64,000 nucleotides of DNA, taken from assembly GCA_964016885.1 (NCBI GenBank), contig OZ024743.1, positions 334,242,001 to 334,306,000 of the forward strand. The letters run 5' to 3'. The translations under genes and the position numbers were made by a program. The notes beneath the pieces are model-generated. The model had not been told where the DNA came from and did not search any database. It saw nothing but the letters and a program-made list of their open reading frames with translations. This stretch comes from Eledone cirrhosa (Eukaryota). This document shows positions 12,601 through 24,961 of this stretch, one piece after another. Numbering within the stretch: position 1 is the first letter of the stretch; each line of letters starts with the position of its first letter.

Positions 12601-14545
12601 TAACCTTAGGATAGTAGCCCAAGAAGAAGACAGCCTCTATATGGCTCTGACAATAATGTCTGGGACTTTAGCAAGTTGGAGGGCCTCTATCATCCAAGAG
12701 TGGGGAACAGAATCGAAAGCTTTCCTGTAGTCAAGCCAGACTGTAGTCATATTCCTCCTAAGTTGTCGCACCTCCGACATCACAGTTTTGTTGATTAGGA
12801 GTTGTTCAGCACATCCCCAAACCCCTTTCTTTCCAGCTGCTTGTTCGTCTGTGATGATATTATTATTTTCACAGTGATCTTGGAGGAATAGGTTCAGGCA
12901 GGCTGTATAGATCTTATACATCAGGTTCTGGCATGCAATGGGTCGGTAGTTTTTTGCCAAGTAGGTGTCTTTGTTCTTTGGGACCACTAACGTTTGTGCT
13001 AATGTCAACCATTCTGGTATAAGTGTATCTCCCTTAAGAACTTGTTGGTAGAAGTCAGTAAGATAACTCCGATAGAATATTAGTTTTTTGTACCAGTAGC
13101 CGACAATCATGTCTCTTCCTGGTGTTTTCTTATCTTGGAGTTTTCCTATCACAAACTCAAGGGTACCCTCACTTATTTTGTATGTTTTTGTTGTAGTGTA
13201 GAAGCAATAGTTCTTTCAGATTTCTCTTAGCCACACTGCATCTTGGTTGAAATTCTTCTTTTGACGCCATATTTTTCTCCAAAAGGAATCTATGTCTTTC
13301 TGGGATGGGGCCTCAGAGACACTTATTATTTTGCCCTTCATATCTCTATAGACTGATGTTTGGTTTCGTCTGAATCTTTTATTAAGCATTTTTCTCTCAT
13401 CTACCTTCTTCAGGTATCGGCGTTTTTCGCTAACAGCTCTCAATTCTTGTTTGAGGGTGATCAGTTTATATTGGAGAGTTCTGGTTCTACTGTTACCAAA
13501 CATCGTCTCTATTTTATTTTTCACTCTTTGTTGGTGAGGAGTGAGGTTTTTTGTGTTTGTTTGCATGTAAGGAGCATTGTCACATATCCTATGTTTTTTC
13601 GTAGGTCACCACTCTTTTTTTCTATTTTAGTTACATATGATGGTATTTTTGGTGGTGTTTTGTTCTTGTTAATATCTCTGCTATCACCAAGATAATGCTT
13701 CACTGTCATTGCTGAGGCATATAAACAGGCGTTGATTTGCCAAAATGTTGGGGTTTTTATCCGTCGTAAATATTCATCCCCTATTTCGTCAATAACACGT
13801 AGTATTTCATTATTTGGTTTTTTATTCACCATTGTCGTTTTAACACGTTCAGCAAGAGACATATTTATACATGAGTTAATTTCTCTCTGGAAGATTTCGT
13901 TGAGGGAAATTTTCAATTGTTTATACTTTTGATTATCATTATCGATAGTATTTTCCACAACAGCGACCTGTAGCACGTGTTGTTGATAACATGTTTGTTG
14001 TGGGGGACTAACAATTAATAATATTTATCTTATTTTTACGTTCAACAAACGTCGCTTGTTGGCGTAATTGTTTCGCTGTGAAATAATTTAGCTCTGGGTG
14101 CATTTCGTCCCAGCGTAGCTTCATTCTATTCAAATAGCCAATGGAGGGATTGTTTTTTGCCATTTTATAACAATTAAATAAATCATCATTAAGTTCGCAA
14201 CTCCAAGAGAAATGCGATTTATAATTTCGGTTTCTTCTGTAGCTACAACTGAATAAAGTTTGATTACCTTCCTTGTTATTTGTCTTCGATACTTCCTTAA
14301 TTTTTTTGTTGATGTTGGTTTCAGCCATGCTGTTTGTAGCAAATCCTTGTAAAATGAATTATGTATTTAGTCGGATATCTCTACGAATTCGAATAAAATG
14401 TGTCTTCAGAAGGGATAGTTAGAAGAATAACCAGTTATTCAACCTGGTTGTAGTTGTGGCATTACTGTCGGAGATAGTATTCATCTTAAATTTAATAAAT
14501 AGTCTCCCAGGCCAAAATATGCGACTGATCGCGTTGACTGTCTAT
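9625..14545 (-). mobile_element. Near full-length, decayed R4/Dong-type LINE, family 2 (interrupted by an RTE insertion)
   Basis: Fragmented ORF with an N-terminal WSCELNDDL..Y..RMKLRWDEMHP domain, RT (NYRPIAC, WLDYRKAFDSVPHSW, FVDDLKLY), CCHC (CRLC..IEDITHVISSC) and REL (RPDIMIWD..VVEISCP). Both ends abut (TATG)n. Confidence 0.92.
10392..11420 (+). mobile_element. 5'-truncated RTE-clade LINE nested in the R4 family-2 element
   Basis: Encodes GVLQGDTLAPYLFII, EFADDIVL, FLYLG, KIRLFIAVVESVLLY.SETWTL, RRLRLAGH, RGRPRLTYVD. One in-frame stop at ~10920. Confidence 0.9.
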
Positions 14546-14562
14546 CTATGTATGTATGTATA

Positions 14563-14920
14563 TGCGCGGGGACATAGAATTAATCGAGCTGGATACCCGA
14601 TCGCGCGGTTAAACCACTGGGAGTGAAGGACCCTTAGCATTTGTCAGGGCATTCTTCTAGGAGAAGGCAACTCAGGAAACTGGGATAACTCCGATATAAA
14701 ACCTGCGACCCAGTAGTTACCGATGATGTTGATCTTTTCTTCTTTTCGGGTTATAGCTACTGTCGCTCAGAGAGTGGGATTGGCTCAGTGCACGGTCTTT
14801 CCTCACTTTAAAAAATATCTTTACGCACAGGCATTGCACGATAGCTTTAATTGATTACTATTAATAATGTTATATCGTGCAATGGCTATACTCGATAACG
14901 AGGGGACAACCATCATCATG
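14563..14920 (+). mobile_element. Non-autonomous RTE-derived element, type A (5'-truncated)
   Basis: RTE 5'UTR-like motif ttctaggagaaggcaactc, 3' hairpin ctcgataacgag, then a catcatg/(TATG)n tail. Repeated at 15599, 26321 and 52728. Confidence 0.8.
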
Positions 14921-14939
14921 TGGTATACATGTATGTGGG

Positions 14940-14971
<32 letters not shown>

Positions 14972-15005
14972 TGTATGTATGTATGTATGTATGTATGTAT
15001 GTATG

Positions 15006-15561
15006 TATGGTCGGGTCGTTGGCGACTAAACTGGCAACCCCACCAAGGTTTCTTGGTGAGGAGGGTGACTTTGGACATCCTGCAGGACTAAAAACAAAAC
15101 CTGTCAAAGGGCAAAGGAGCTCTTAAGAGTCAATGGCCATCCAAAATCACCGGGAGAGATGACCCCTTAGCCTTTGTCAAGGCAGAATTCTAGGAGAAGG
15201 AAAACTCTTATATAACACCTGCAACCCTGATGGTATCCAATGATGTTGACTTGTTCTTCTTTTTGGTAAATATCATCTTGGTTAAGAGAGTGGGACTGGC
15301 TTTGTGCAGTGCCTTTGCTCACTATAAAAGCTTCACGGCACAGGCATTGCTTTATATCTGGAGATCTCTCTGCACTTGTCATCACATGGTACCATGGGCC
15401 CAGCACTATGTGTCAATAATTGTCACAGGTGTAGTGTTTGTACCAGAGTTTTCAAGTCGCTGGCTGGACTAAAAAGTCACACTCGTTCAGCGCATCGGTA
15501 GGGGTTCTCCTACATGGATATAAAGTAGTGGCCGTACTCGAAAACGAGTTGGCAGCCACCA
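15006..15561 (+). mobile_element. Bipartite non-autonomous RTE element, type B
   Basis: RTE 5'UTR motif ttctaggagaaggaaaactct joined to an RTE ORF end (CSVCTRVFKSLAGLKSHTRSAH*), hairpin ctcgaaaacgag and a (TATG)n tail. Near-identical copies at 25672 and 26647. Confidence 0.85.
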
Positions 15562-15598
15562 TGTATGTATGTATGTATGTATCTATGTATGTATGTAT

Positions 15599-16131
15599 GT
15601 CGGGTCACTCTTGAGTGCTACTGGTAACGTGTAACCCAGTACGACCTGTCGCATGGTCGGGTCGTCGGCGACTAAACCGGCAACCTCACCAAGTTTCCTT
15701 GGTGAGGAGGGTGATTTAGGACACCCTGCAGGACAAAAAACAAAACCTGATAAAGGGCGGAAGAACTCATAAGAGTCAACGGCCATCCAAAGTGTGTAAA
15801 TATGTATATACACATGTACCGCGCGGTTAAACCACTGTGAGTGAAGGACCCCTAGCCTTTGTCAGGGCATTCTTCTAGGAGAAGGCAACTCAGGAAACTG
15901 GGATAACTCCGATATAAAATCTGCGGCTCAGTAGTTACCGATTATGTTGATCTTTTCTTCTTTTCGGGTTATAGCTACTGTCGCTCAGACAGTGGGATTG
16001 GCTCAATGCACAGTCTTTCCTCACTTTAAAAAATTCTTCTCGCACAGGTATTACACGATAGAATTAATTAGTAATTATTAATAATGGTATATTGTGCATT
16101 GGCTATACTCGATAACGAGGGGGCAGCCATC
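15599..16131 (+). mobile_element. Non-autonomous RTE-derived element, type A (apparently full 5' end)
   Basis: Starts gtcgggtcactc directly after (TATG)n, shares its head with type B, ends gggcagccatc-(ATGT)n. Confidence 0.82.
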
Positions 16132-16225
16132 ATGTATGTATGTATGTATGTATGTATGTATGTATGTATGTATGTATGTATGTATGTATGTATGTATGTA
16201 TGCATGTATGTATGCATGTATGTAT

Positions 16226-16935
16226 GGAATGATTTCATCACCACTGTCTCAGAAAGATTCTCGGTATCAAGTGGCTGATGCATGTGAGTGATGTTGAGGT
16301 CCTTGAGGGAAGTGAGTATCGGAGCATTGAAACTATCATCCACCAACGATGTTTGCGATGGACCGGACACCTCTGCAGAATGAAGGATGATCGAATCTCG
16401 TAACAACTTTTGTATGACAAGCTTTGTAAAGATAAGAGATCACCTCACAAAGCAAAGCTCTGATTCAATGATTGTGTAAAACAAACTGGTTTGATGGTGG
16501 CTGACTGGGAGATAGAAGTTCTTGAAAGAGAAACTTGTAGAGGAATGGTAAATGATGGGGTCCATAATTTTGAGGTCAGACGCATAGAGCACGAGACGAT
16601 CAAACGGGATGTGCGTAAGCAATGCCCAGGTGTATCTCTCGAAACGACAATTGTCTCCATTTAATAGGTGTGCCCTGAGTGGGGAAAGATTTGCTTGAGC
16701 AAATCTGGTCTCAGGATCCACAGTTGCAGCTATGTTCAAAGAGAAGCAGTGAACTATGATCTCTAGGGTATTGTGAAGGTTCACAGGTAATCTGATTCAA
16801 GACCTTAGGACAGGGAGATCCATAGTTGTTGTCAGTGTGCGAAGGAGTGCTAGTCTCTAGCAGGTTTGAAAAGCCATATCCGAGCGTCACACATCTGTAT
16901 CTGACAAGCGATTACAATACTCTTAGTAGAGAGTG
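16226..16935 (+). mobile_element. 5'-truncated, decayed RTE (BovB-like) LINE 3' end with C2H2 fingers
   Basis: Translates to FHHHCLRKILGIKW...LRWTGHLCRMKDDRI..QLLY...CPECGKICLSKSGLRIH-like...SLAGLKSHIRASH (with frameshifts). Bounded by (TATG)n on both sides. Confidence 0.8.
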
Positions 16936-16962
16936 TATGTGTGTATGTATGTATGTATATTG

Positions 16963-17481
16963 TGTCAGGTCACTCTTCAGCGCTATTGGTAACATGTAAC
17001 CTAGTACAACTTGTGCATGGTCAGTTCGTCGGCGAATAAACCGGCAGCCCCGCCAAGCTTGCTTGGTGTGGAGGGTGATTTTGGATACCTTGCGGGATGA
17101 AAAACAAAACCCATAAAAGGGCGGAGGAATTCAGGTGAGTCAACGGCTATCCAATAAAATTTTTTGTGGAGCGAGAGACTCCTAGTCTTCATTAAGACAT
17201 CTCTATGAGAAGGTCACTCTGATATAAAATCTGCGACTTCGATTGCATCCAGTGATGTAGGCCAGTTCTTATTTTGGGGCAAATGCATTCAATGTTCAGA
17301 GAGTGAGATTGGTCCCGTGCAGAGCCTTTCCTCACTTATAAAAACTTCAAGCATAGGCATCGCTTGATATGTGACATTTTGTGCAATGCATGGTAGTGCT
17401 AGCCATAGGCAAGTCCCTAGCAAGACGTGCTTATGAATCAAGCGATGGCATTACTCGAAATCGTGTTGCTGGCATCATCAT
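16963..17481 (+). mobile_element. Older diverged member of the RTE-derived non-autonomous family
   Basis: Same gtcaggtcactc...gctattggtaac head, 3' hairpin ctcgaaatcgtg and catcatc-(ATGT)n tail. Confidence 0.7.
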
Positions 17482-17586
17482 GTATGTATGTATGTATGTA
17501 TGTATGTATGTATGTATGTATGTATGTATGTATGTATGTAGTAATTATGAGCATGTGTGTGTATGGATGTATGTATGCATCAAAGC

Positions 17587-17866
<280 letters not shown>

Positions 17867-18011
17867 TGGGGTGTGTGCAACCCCCATCACGTCCCCTCCC
17901 TTTTGAGGTTATTTTCGATTATTTTCATTTTATACCCTTTTTACTCGATTGTATGTAAACTCCCCTTTGTATTTGTCCCTTCTTTTTATGCCTTTATGGT
18001 AAATAAAGAAA
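17867..18011 (+). mobile_element. Short 3' end of a Tx1/L1-like LINE embedded in (CTAT)n
   Basis: Ends ttgtatttgtccc...atggtaaataaagaaatc-(TATC)n, resembling the 3' end of the Tx1 element near 21941 (ttgtcctt...gtggttaataaagaaagc). Confidence 0.5.
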
Positions 18012-18294
18012 TCTATCTATCTATCTATCTATTTAGTTACCTATTTAAACCTGCGTGAAAAGTGAAATAAAATAGGAAATGTTATAAAAATTTGTGAAAC
18101 ATCATTCTGGTTATCACATTCTCTTGAAATAGGAGAGATAATTAAAAAATACAAGATGAAAGATAAAAGGTTCTGCATTGTAGGCCATAAAACCTCGGAA
18201 TGTTCTGTGAAAGCTGTAATGACAGCCGAAATAATTATCTGAGAATCAAATAAAATAACGATTGACAAGACTGAAAACGAATTGAATCACTTAC

Positions 18295-18709
18295 CTCGGG
18301 TGGTATTCTTGTTCCGCATAACGACGCTATACCCAATATAATGATTGGTACCCAACAGAAGAAATCGGTGAGTACAATCAGAGTGATACGTTTTGCCAAA
18401 CCACTGTCCGTCTTAGTCTCTGCTGTTGTCACTGCACTTCTGGTCTCTCTGGCTACGATAAACATCCAAAGATATGATATGAAAATGACCACGAAAGAGA
18501 GCAGATTGACAGCCAGGAAGATCATGACGGAGTACTCCCATCCGCGGGGGCGATCAGGAGTGATATGGAGTGCAAGACAAACACCTGACCTGCTGTAGAA
18601 ATCTTTGAAATAGTTTAGACCAAATAATGGCAGGGCAGACAGAAAAAATACGAAGATCCATAATACAAACATTGCGAGTTGGGCTTCTCTTAAACCCATT
18701 CGATGGGAC
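18295..18709 (-). CDS. Exon of the same GPCR, TM4-ECL2-TM5-TM6
   Basis: Acceptor ttttttttag|G and donor GAG|gtaagt. Encodes ...FYSRSGVCLALHIT...GWEYS...LAKRITLIVLTDFFCWVPIIILGI...IPPE. 415 bp, in frame with both neighbouring exons. Confidence 0.95.
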
Positions 18710-19774
18710 CTAAAAAAAAGAAGTCAAAACAGTTACAGAAATATAAGAATATTTAAAACAAAATTAGCACGATTTGATTTCAGTAGTCAGAGTGTTGTTT
18801 ATCTTCGTTCAGACGAGGAGACTATATTTGATCGAGTGAATAGGTCACAGAACAACCAACTGAATAATGTCTCTAGGATTTGACCAAGCAATTAAAAATA
18901 TAATAGATGAGCTGATGCAGCAGTTGTTAAGTCGATACATATTTACGTAAGCTTCAATTACTATGAGTGCTTCGTTGACTGGCAAAGAGAGGATAATTTC
19001 CACCTACAGAAAATGCTTTTTACGAGTTCAACGACCCATTCAGAATATGTGTATCCTATTTCCTCAATGGTATAGAAAAACACGGGTGTTTATTGGCTTG
19101 CTTTATTTACTTTCTTTGCTAAATGTAGGAGAGTAAAGAAATCTCAAATATCTTGGTGTATCAGTATTTCAGTGTGCAGTAGCTACGTCATATGTCTTCT
19201 ATCGTAGACTCAAGTCTTCAAAGGCCTTATAAGTGAAATGTCAGACGAAAAGTGTGATGAAGCCCGCCAGGAGGACGTTCCTCATCCTTGCTTGGAAAAT
19301 GTAATCTACTATCCGGTTTATTATTAGCATTGTGCTTTAGGTACCTTTTGTTTACAACCATTGAATGCAAGCCTCTTCTCTGAGAACTATCCACTTAGTG
19401 GTCTTGGAGGCCGTGAAAAAGTTTCAGGGCATTTCCTATCTCTATTATTTAGTTATAAAAAGTAAAATAAATTTCTATTGCATTTCAATAGCAGACAGTT
19501 TAGCATAACTTGCTAAAGAATCAAAATTCCAGGTACTATAAGAAAACAGATTTTAAAAATATAGAATCTGGATAGAATAATATTAGCTTCATAATATTCG
19601 TAATTTCTGGGATAGTAGGACATATACTCAATAAAAGAGATAAACCTGATAACAACTTGATAAAAGAAACCATTAATATTTTCGTAGGGGCATATGTTTG
19701 AATATGTTGATGGAAAAGGTATGGATAAATGGAAGTAATGGCTCAGAAAAAAAAACTATGTAAGTTTAACTCAC

Positions 19775-20016
19775 CTGAAAGGGAAAATAATGCAGATGAG
19801 GCGATCAAGTGTAATAACTGTTAGAGTAAACACAGAAAGCTCACTGGAAAATGTTGCGATAAATCCTGCAAAATGACAGAACACACTGCCCCGCCATAGC
19901 TTGTCATAAAGTATATAGGAGCCTCTGTAGTATGTATCTGCTACAGCAATAATCATCAGGTATATGCCCATAAACATGTCGCCTAAAGCGAGATTTGTGA
20001 TTAGGAACGAATGTAC
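19775..20016 (-). CDS. Exon of an LGR/GRL101-like (relaxin/glycoprotein-hormone receptor family) GPCR, TM2-TM3
   Basis: Acceptor ttctcacccag|GTA and donor AG|gtgagt. Encodes VHSFLITNLALGDMFMGIYLMIIAVAD...CHFAGFIATFSSELSVFTLTVITLDRLICIIFPF(R), typical LGR TM2/TM3. 242 bp; the phase-2 end matches the next exon. Confidence 0.93.
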
Positions 20017-20229
20017 CTGGGTGAGAAAGATTAAAAAATGAATATAACATATTTCATGTTGCAATAAATATAAGATATATAAGTTAAACAAATCAGTTAA
20101 ACAAATGGTCAGATTTGTAACATATTTTACGTTAAATTATGAAGGTTGCTGTTTAGTGAGAAAATGTACTGTTATTGATGTTCTTGCTATTACAGGGGTT
20201 GGTGCCGTTATTGCTATTTTTCACTGTGG

Positions 20230-21525
20230 TTGTGGCTGTTGGGTCCTGGTGTTGGCAGCAAAGAGGCCGACCATGTCGTTCGCTGTCTTCTGTTGAGGGA
20301 AGAAAGCTCTCAGGTGGCTAGTCTCCCCACACAGACGGCAACGAGGCATTTTGCCCTCAACCAATGAATGAAACTCCATTCTACCTGGCGAGCGAGGATC
20401 TTATCGAACTTCTCTGGTTTGATATGGAGGAGCACTTCCACACTGATCCCGATATGTTTTCCCACGGGTTCTTTTCACCCCGAGAAGGGTCTCATCGCCC
20501 TCCAGAACCACGCAGGCCATGATACACCAGATACAAACTCCGGTGGGATTCCTGAAATCCTGACATTCACTCTCCTTCTACCCAAATAAGCTGAATACAG
20601 AATGTATTGGTTACTTCGTCAGGGTACCACAGAGTGCTTTACAACCAGGGAATACCCTTTGAACAGCAAATGGTTCCAAATTGCCTGATTGTAGCAATGG
20701 GTTGGGTGTCCAACAATAGGTCTTTCAGTCTTTTTCTACTTCTTGTGTGTGTGCTGGCCCCGGACGTCGGGTTTTTTGCCGAAATATATCTGCAGTTGAA
20801 AGTTTTTATGGTGGTTGCTGTCAACACTACGCCAGCCGAAGCCTTGTCTAATTTGACAATTGTGGCCATTTGTGCCAAACACGAATCTCCGTCTATTAAC
20901 TCTATGTTAAACATTTGTATGACTTTTGCCGTCGTTACTGAAAAGTCTTCCTGATGTTCAAATTGTTATGTTGTTGTTGTTGCCTTTTTTGCTGTCTGCT
21001 TCTGTTATATTTTTTGTTGTTACAGTGATGGTGGTGGTGGTGAGGATGTTGGAAGTGGTAGTGATGGTGGCAGTGTTCGTGTTAGTGTTGTTGCTGTGTA
21101 TTTGTTGCATTTGTTTTTGTTCTTGTGAATGTGACGGCAGTGTCACATTTTTCAAAAGCGGAATGACCACTTCATATTTGTCCCGTGCAGAGTTTTTGAT
21201 GCTGTTGTTGTTGCTACTGCCACTGCTGTCATAGTTTTTTTTTTATCTTTGGCTGTTCCAGCTTGTGAGTAGCCCCCTGTTTATTATTGCGGAGGATTTT
21301 TTCGTTCGCCATGTCTATATTTTTTTTAATGACGGGTGTGTTTGTGAAAGAAATCCCAAACAAATTTAGCCCCAAAGGCTTACACATATAAGGAAAGTAA
21401 CCATCTCACAAAAAAGATGGTTGGTTTAGCTACAAAACAATTAGACAAAAAATCTTTTAAAAGCATATTAACAAACAATGAACTTTCTCTGCCGATGTGT
21501 AACACGTCTCGGGAGATTCAAATCA
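20230..21525 (-). mobile_element. 5' part of a Tx1/L1-clade LINE (5'UTR plus decayed gag-like ORF1)
   Basis: ATG at 21312, low-complexity N-terminus and a zinc-knuckle-like VEGKMPRCRLCGETSHLRAF near 20300-20370. The 5' end abuts (AAC)n. Confidence 0.65.
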
Positions 21526-21535
21526 ACAGCAGCAG

Positions 21536-21627
<92 letters not shown>

Positions 21628-21940
21628 GCAACAACAACAACAAACAACAACAATATCAACAGCAACAACAATAACAACAAAAACAACAACACCAGCAATA
21701 GCAACAACAACATCAACAGCAATAACAATAACAACAACATTAACAGCAACAATAACAACAACAACATCAACAGCAACAACAAGATCAACAGCGACAACAA
21801 TAACAACAACAACAGCAACAGCAGCAACAACAACATCAACAACAACAACAATAACAACAACAACAACAACAACAACAACAGCAACAATAATAATAATAAT
21901 AACAATAATAATAATAGTAGTAATAACAACGATAATAATG
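21536..21940. repeat. (AAC)n grading into (AAT)n
   Basis: Directly visible; forms the tail of the Tx1 element to its right. Confidence 0.95.
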
Positions 21941-23720
21941 CTTTCTTTATTAACCACAAAGTAAGACATTAAGGACAATACAGGACAATACAGGACAATA
22001 CAGGACGGTACAGGACAATACAGGACGGTACAGGACAATGCAGGACGGTACAGGACAATACAGGATGGTACAGGACAATGCAGGACGGTACAGGACAATA
22101 CAGGACAATACAGGACAATGCAGGACGGTACAGGACAATACAGGACAATACAGGACAATGCAGGACGGTACAGGACAATACAGGACAATACAGGACAATG
22201 CAGGGCGGTACAGGACAATACAGGACAATACAGGACAATGCAGGACGGTACAGGACAATACAGGACGGTACAGGACAATACAGGACGGTACAGGACAATA
22301 CAGGACGGTACAGGACAATACAGGACAATACAGGACAATGCAGGACGGTACAGGACAATACAGGACGGTACAGGACAATACAGGACGGTACAGGACAATA
22401 CAGGACAATACAGGACAATGCAGGACGGTACAGGACAATACAGGACGGTACAGGACAATACAGGACGGTACAGGACAATACAGGACAATACAGGACAATA
22501 CAGGACAATGCAGGACAATGCAGGACGGTACAGGACAATACAGGACAATACAGGACAATACAGGACAATGCAGGACGGTACAGGACAATACAGGACGGTA
22601 CAGGACAATACAGGACGGTACAGGACAATACAGGACGGTACAGGACAATACAGGACAATACAGGACAATGCAGGACGGTACAGGACAATACAGGACAATA
22701 CAGGACAATGCAGGACGGTACAGGACAATACAGGACGGTACAGGACAATGCAGGACGGTACAGGACAATACAGGATGGTACAGGACAATGCAGGACGGTA
22801 CAGGACAATACAGGACAATGCAGGACGGTACAGGACAATACAGGACAATACAGGACAATGCATGACGGTACAGGACAATACAGGACAATACAGGACAATG
22901 CAGGGCGGTACAGGACAATACAGGACAATACAGGACAATGCAGGACGGTACAGGACAATACAGGACAATACAGGACAATGCAGGACGGTACAGGACAATG
23001 CAGGACGGTACAGGACGGTACAAATGGGCATTTCTGCGTGTAAAAAACAAAACAAAAACAGAGGATGTAACAAAAAAAGAAATAATGAAACATTCCCCAA
23101 TAGGGGGGAGACTTCCGAGTGACATTCGTCGAGAAAGCCCATTAAAAACGCAACGGTGACCCTGACCACCAGCGCAAGTGCCCTCTCCCAGTTTTACACC
23201 TTTAATTTACAGGCGTATACTTCACTTGGGCCATTCTTGCCTCTCTCACCCATCTTTCAACAGGATGCTGGGAAGAGAGCACTTCCCTCTCTACCCTGAT
23301 TTTCCTTTTCAAATGAAATTTGAAAAAGTTAATCAGGGCATCACCGAAGAGGTAAGTGCTCGTCTTCAGCCCTTTCAAACGTGTCCACCATACTATCTCT
23401 TTCACCATGGCCACCAGACAGATTAAAAATTGCCTGCCCTTCCCGGCTAAAGGAAGAGGGCGGGGCAATATTCACGATGGACTCAGCTGATAAACGGATC
23501 CGTCCTACACGCGACAGCAGGTGTTCGACATAAACTCACAAGTCAGCAATGCTCGGACACTGGACGAGTGCGTGCAGGACGGTTTCGTCGTTCTGCGCGC
23601 ATCTCGGACATGCCCGGCTGACGGCACTTTCATGCCTGTAGAGTTTATCCCGAACTGGCAAACTCCTCGGTAGCACTGCCAGGCCAGGGATTTCTGGAAG
23701 TTGTCCATAGTCCCCGGTCC
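21941..23720 (-). mobile_element. 5'-truncated Tx1/L1-clade LINE (ORF2 zf-RVT C-terminus plus 3'UTR)
   Basis: Encodes FQKSLAWQCYRG.LPVRDKL..CPRCAQNDETVLHALVQCP and EIVWWTR...FFKFHLKRKIRVE...ERWV. AATAAA precedes an (ATT/GTT)n tail. Confidence 0.85.
21972..23022. repeat. 10-bp minisatellite (~105 units) inside the Tx1 3'UTR
   Basis: Variants caggacaata, caggacggta and caggacaatg in perfect 10-bp register. Confidence 0.97.
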
Positions 23721-23761
23721 GAATGATGATAACGATAATGATATTCATAATGGTTATTATT

Positions 23762-23945
23762 TTGGCAGTATCGGTAGAGGGTCGGACGCCATGCTTTGAC
23801 GTATAGAGTTACGGCCCTTTCCATTCTGAGTTCAAATCCAGCCGAGGTTAACTTTGCCTTTCATCCTTACGGGGCTGATAAAATAAAGTACCAGTAATGC
23901 ACTGGGTAATTGCTGGCCTCGTACCAAAAGTAGAAACAATTATTA
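23762..23945 (+). mobile_element. Nin-core tRNA-SINE
   Basis: Same family as 5480-5662. Confidence 0.85.
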
Positions 23946-23950
23946 ATATT

Positions 23951-23982
<32 letters not shown>

Positions 23983-24479
23983 ATGAATAATTATAATAAT
24001 AATTATAATAATAATGGTGATGATGATTCTGAAGTTAACGAGAACCATTATGACGATACTGGTTGAGTTTTATAGCTATAACGGTGCTATTAAAGAGAGC
24101 AGCTCTTCTGTAAATAATTATGTGATAACTTCATAAGAAATAGTATTTAATAACTCTACTTTCAATCATAATTATTTTTATGTTCCAATAAATATTTCAT
24201 TTCTATTTCTCTCTCAAGTTCTATAATTTCTTAATCAGAAAACAATTTTCTAAAAACTCTATTGTGCCTAATAACAGCAGATTATAAGCTTTTAGTCAGC
24301 TACAATAAGAACAAATTATTAATTAACACGAATTTTAACTGTGCCTGCTGGCTTTTACTTACCGTGTACAACTTCAAAAATCGAATTTAGCAGAAATCAA
24401 CTGTTAACATCGTAACTAGAATTATTTTATTTTGATGTTAAGTGACGTCAACAGGGGAAATAAAATAGCAATATATGTT

Positions 24480-24960
24480 TGTGTGGGTGTGCGTGTGTGT
24501 GTGTGTGTGTGCGTGTGTGTGAGTGTGTGTGTGTGCGTGTGTGTGTATGCGCGTGTGTGTGTGGGTGTGTGAGAGAGAGAGAGTGTGTGTGTGTGTGCGC
24601 GTGTGTGTGAGTGTGTGTGTGTGTGTGTGCGTGTGTGTGTATGCGCGCGTGTGTGTGAGTGTGTGTGTGTGTGCGTGCGTGCGTCTGTGTGCATTTATGT
24701 GTGTATGTATGTATGTGTGTATACGTGTGAGTATGTATGCATATATGTATGTACATATGTATGATTATATGTATGTGTGTGTGTATGTATGTATGTATGT
24801 ATTTATGTATGTATATATATATATATGGATATGTGTATGTATGTGTTTATGTATGTATATATATATATGCGTGTGTCTATGTATGTATGTATGTATGTAT
24901 GTATGTATGTATGTATATATGTATGTATATATGTATGTTTGTATGTATGTGAGTATGTAT
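24480..24960. repeat. (GT)n/(TATG)n compound microsatellite
   Basis: Directly visible. Confidence 0.95.
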
Positions 24961-24961
24961 G

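Noticed and set aside
14821-15472. Short ORFs recurring at ~15.2, 25.9 and 26.9 kb as a small gene family
   Set aside because: They recur because they lie in near-identical RTE-derived repeat copies.
21523-23169. Long Cys-rich or QDNTG-repeat ORFs (275-548 aa)
   Set aside because: By-products of a stop-free 10-bp repeat and (AAC)n; open in all frames and located in a LINE 3'UTR.
24355-24420. Strong minus-strand donor (ACG|gtaagt) as an upstream GPCR exon
   Set aside because: An in-frame TAA lies nine codons upstream in the required phase 0, and there is no TM1-like sequence.
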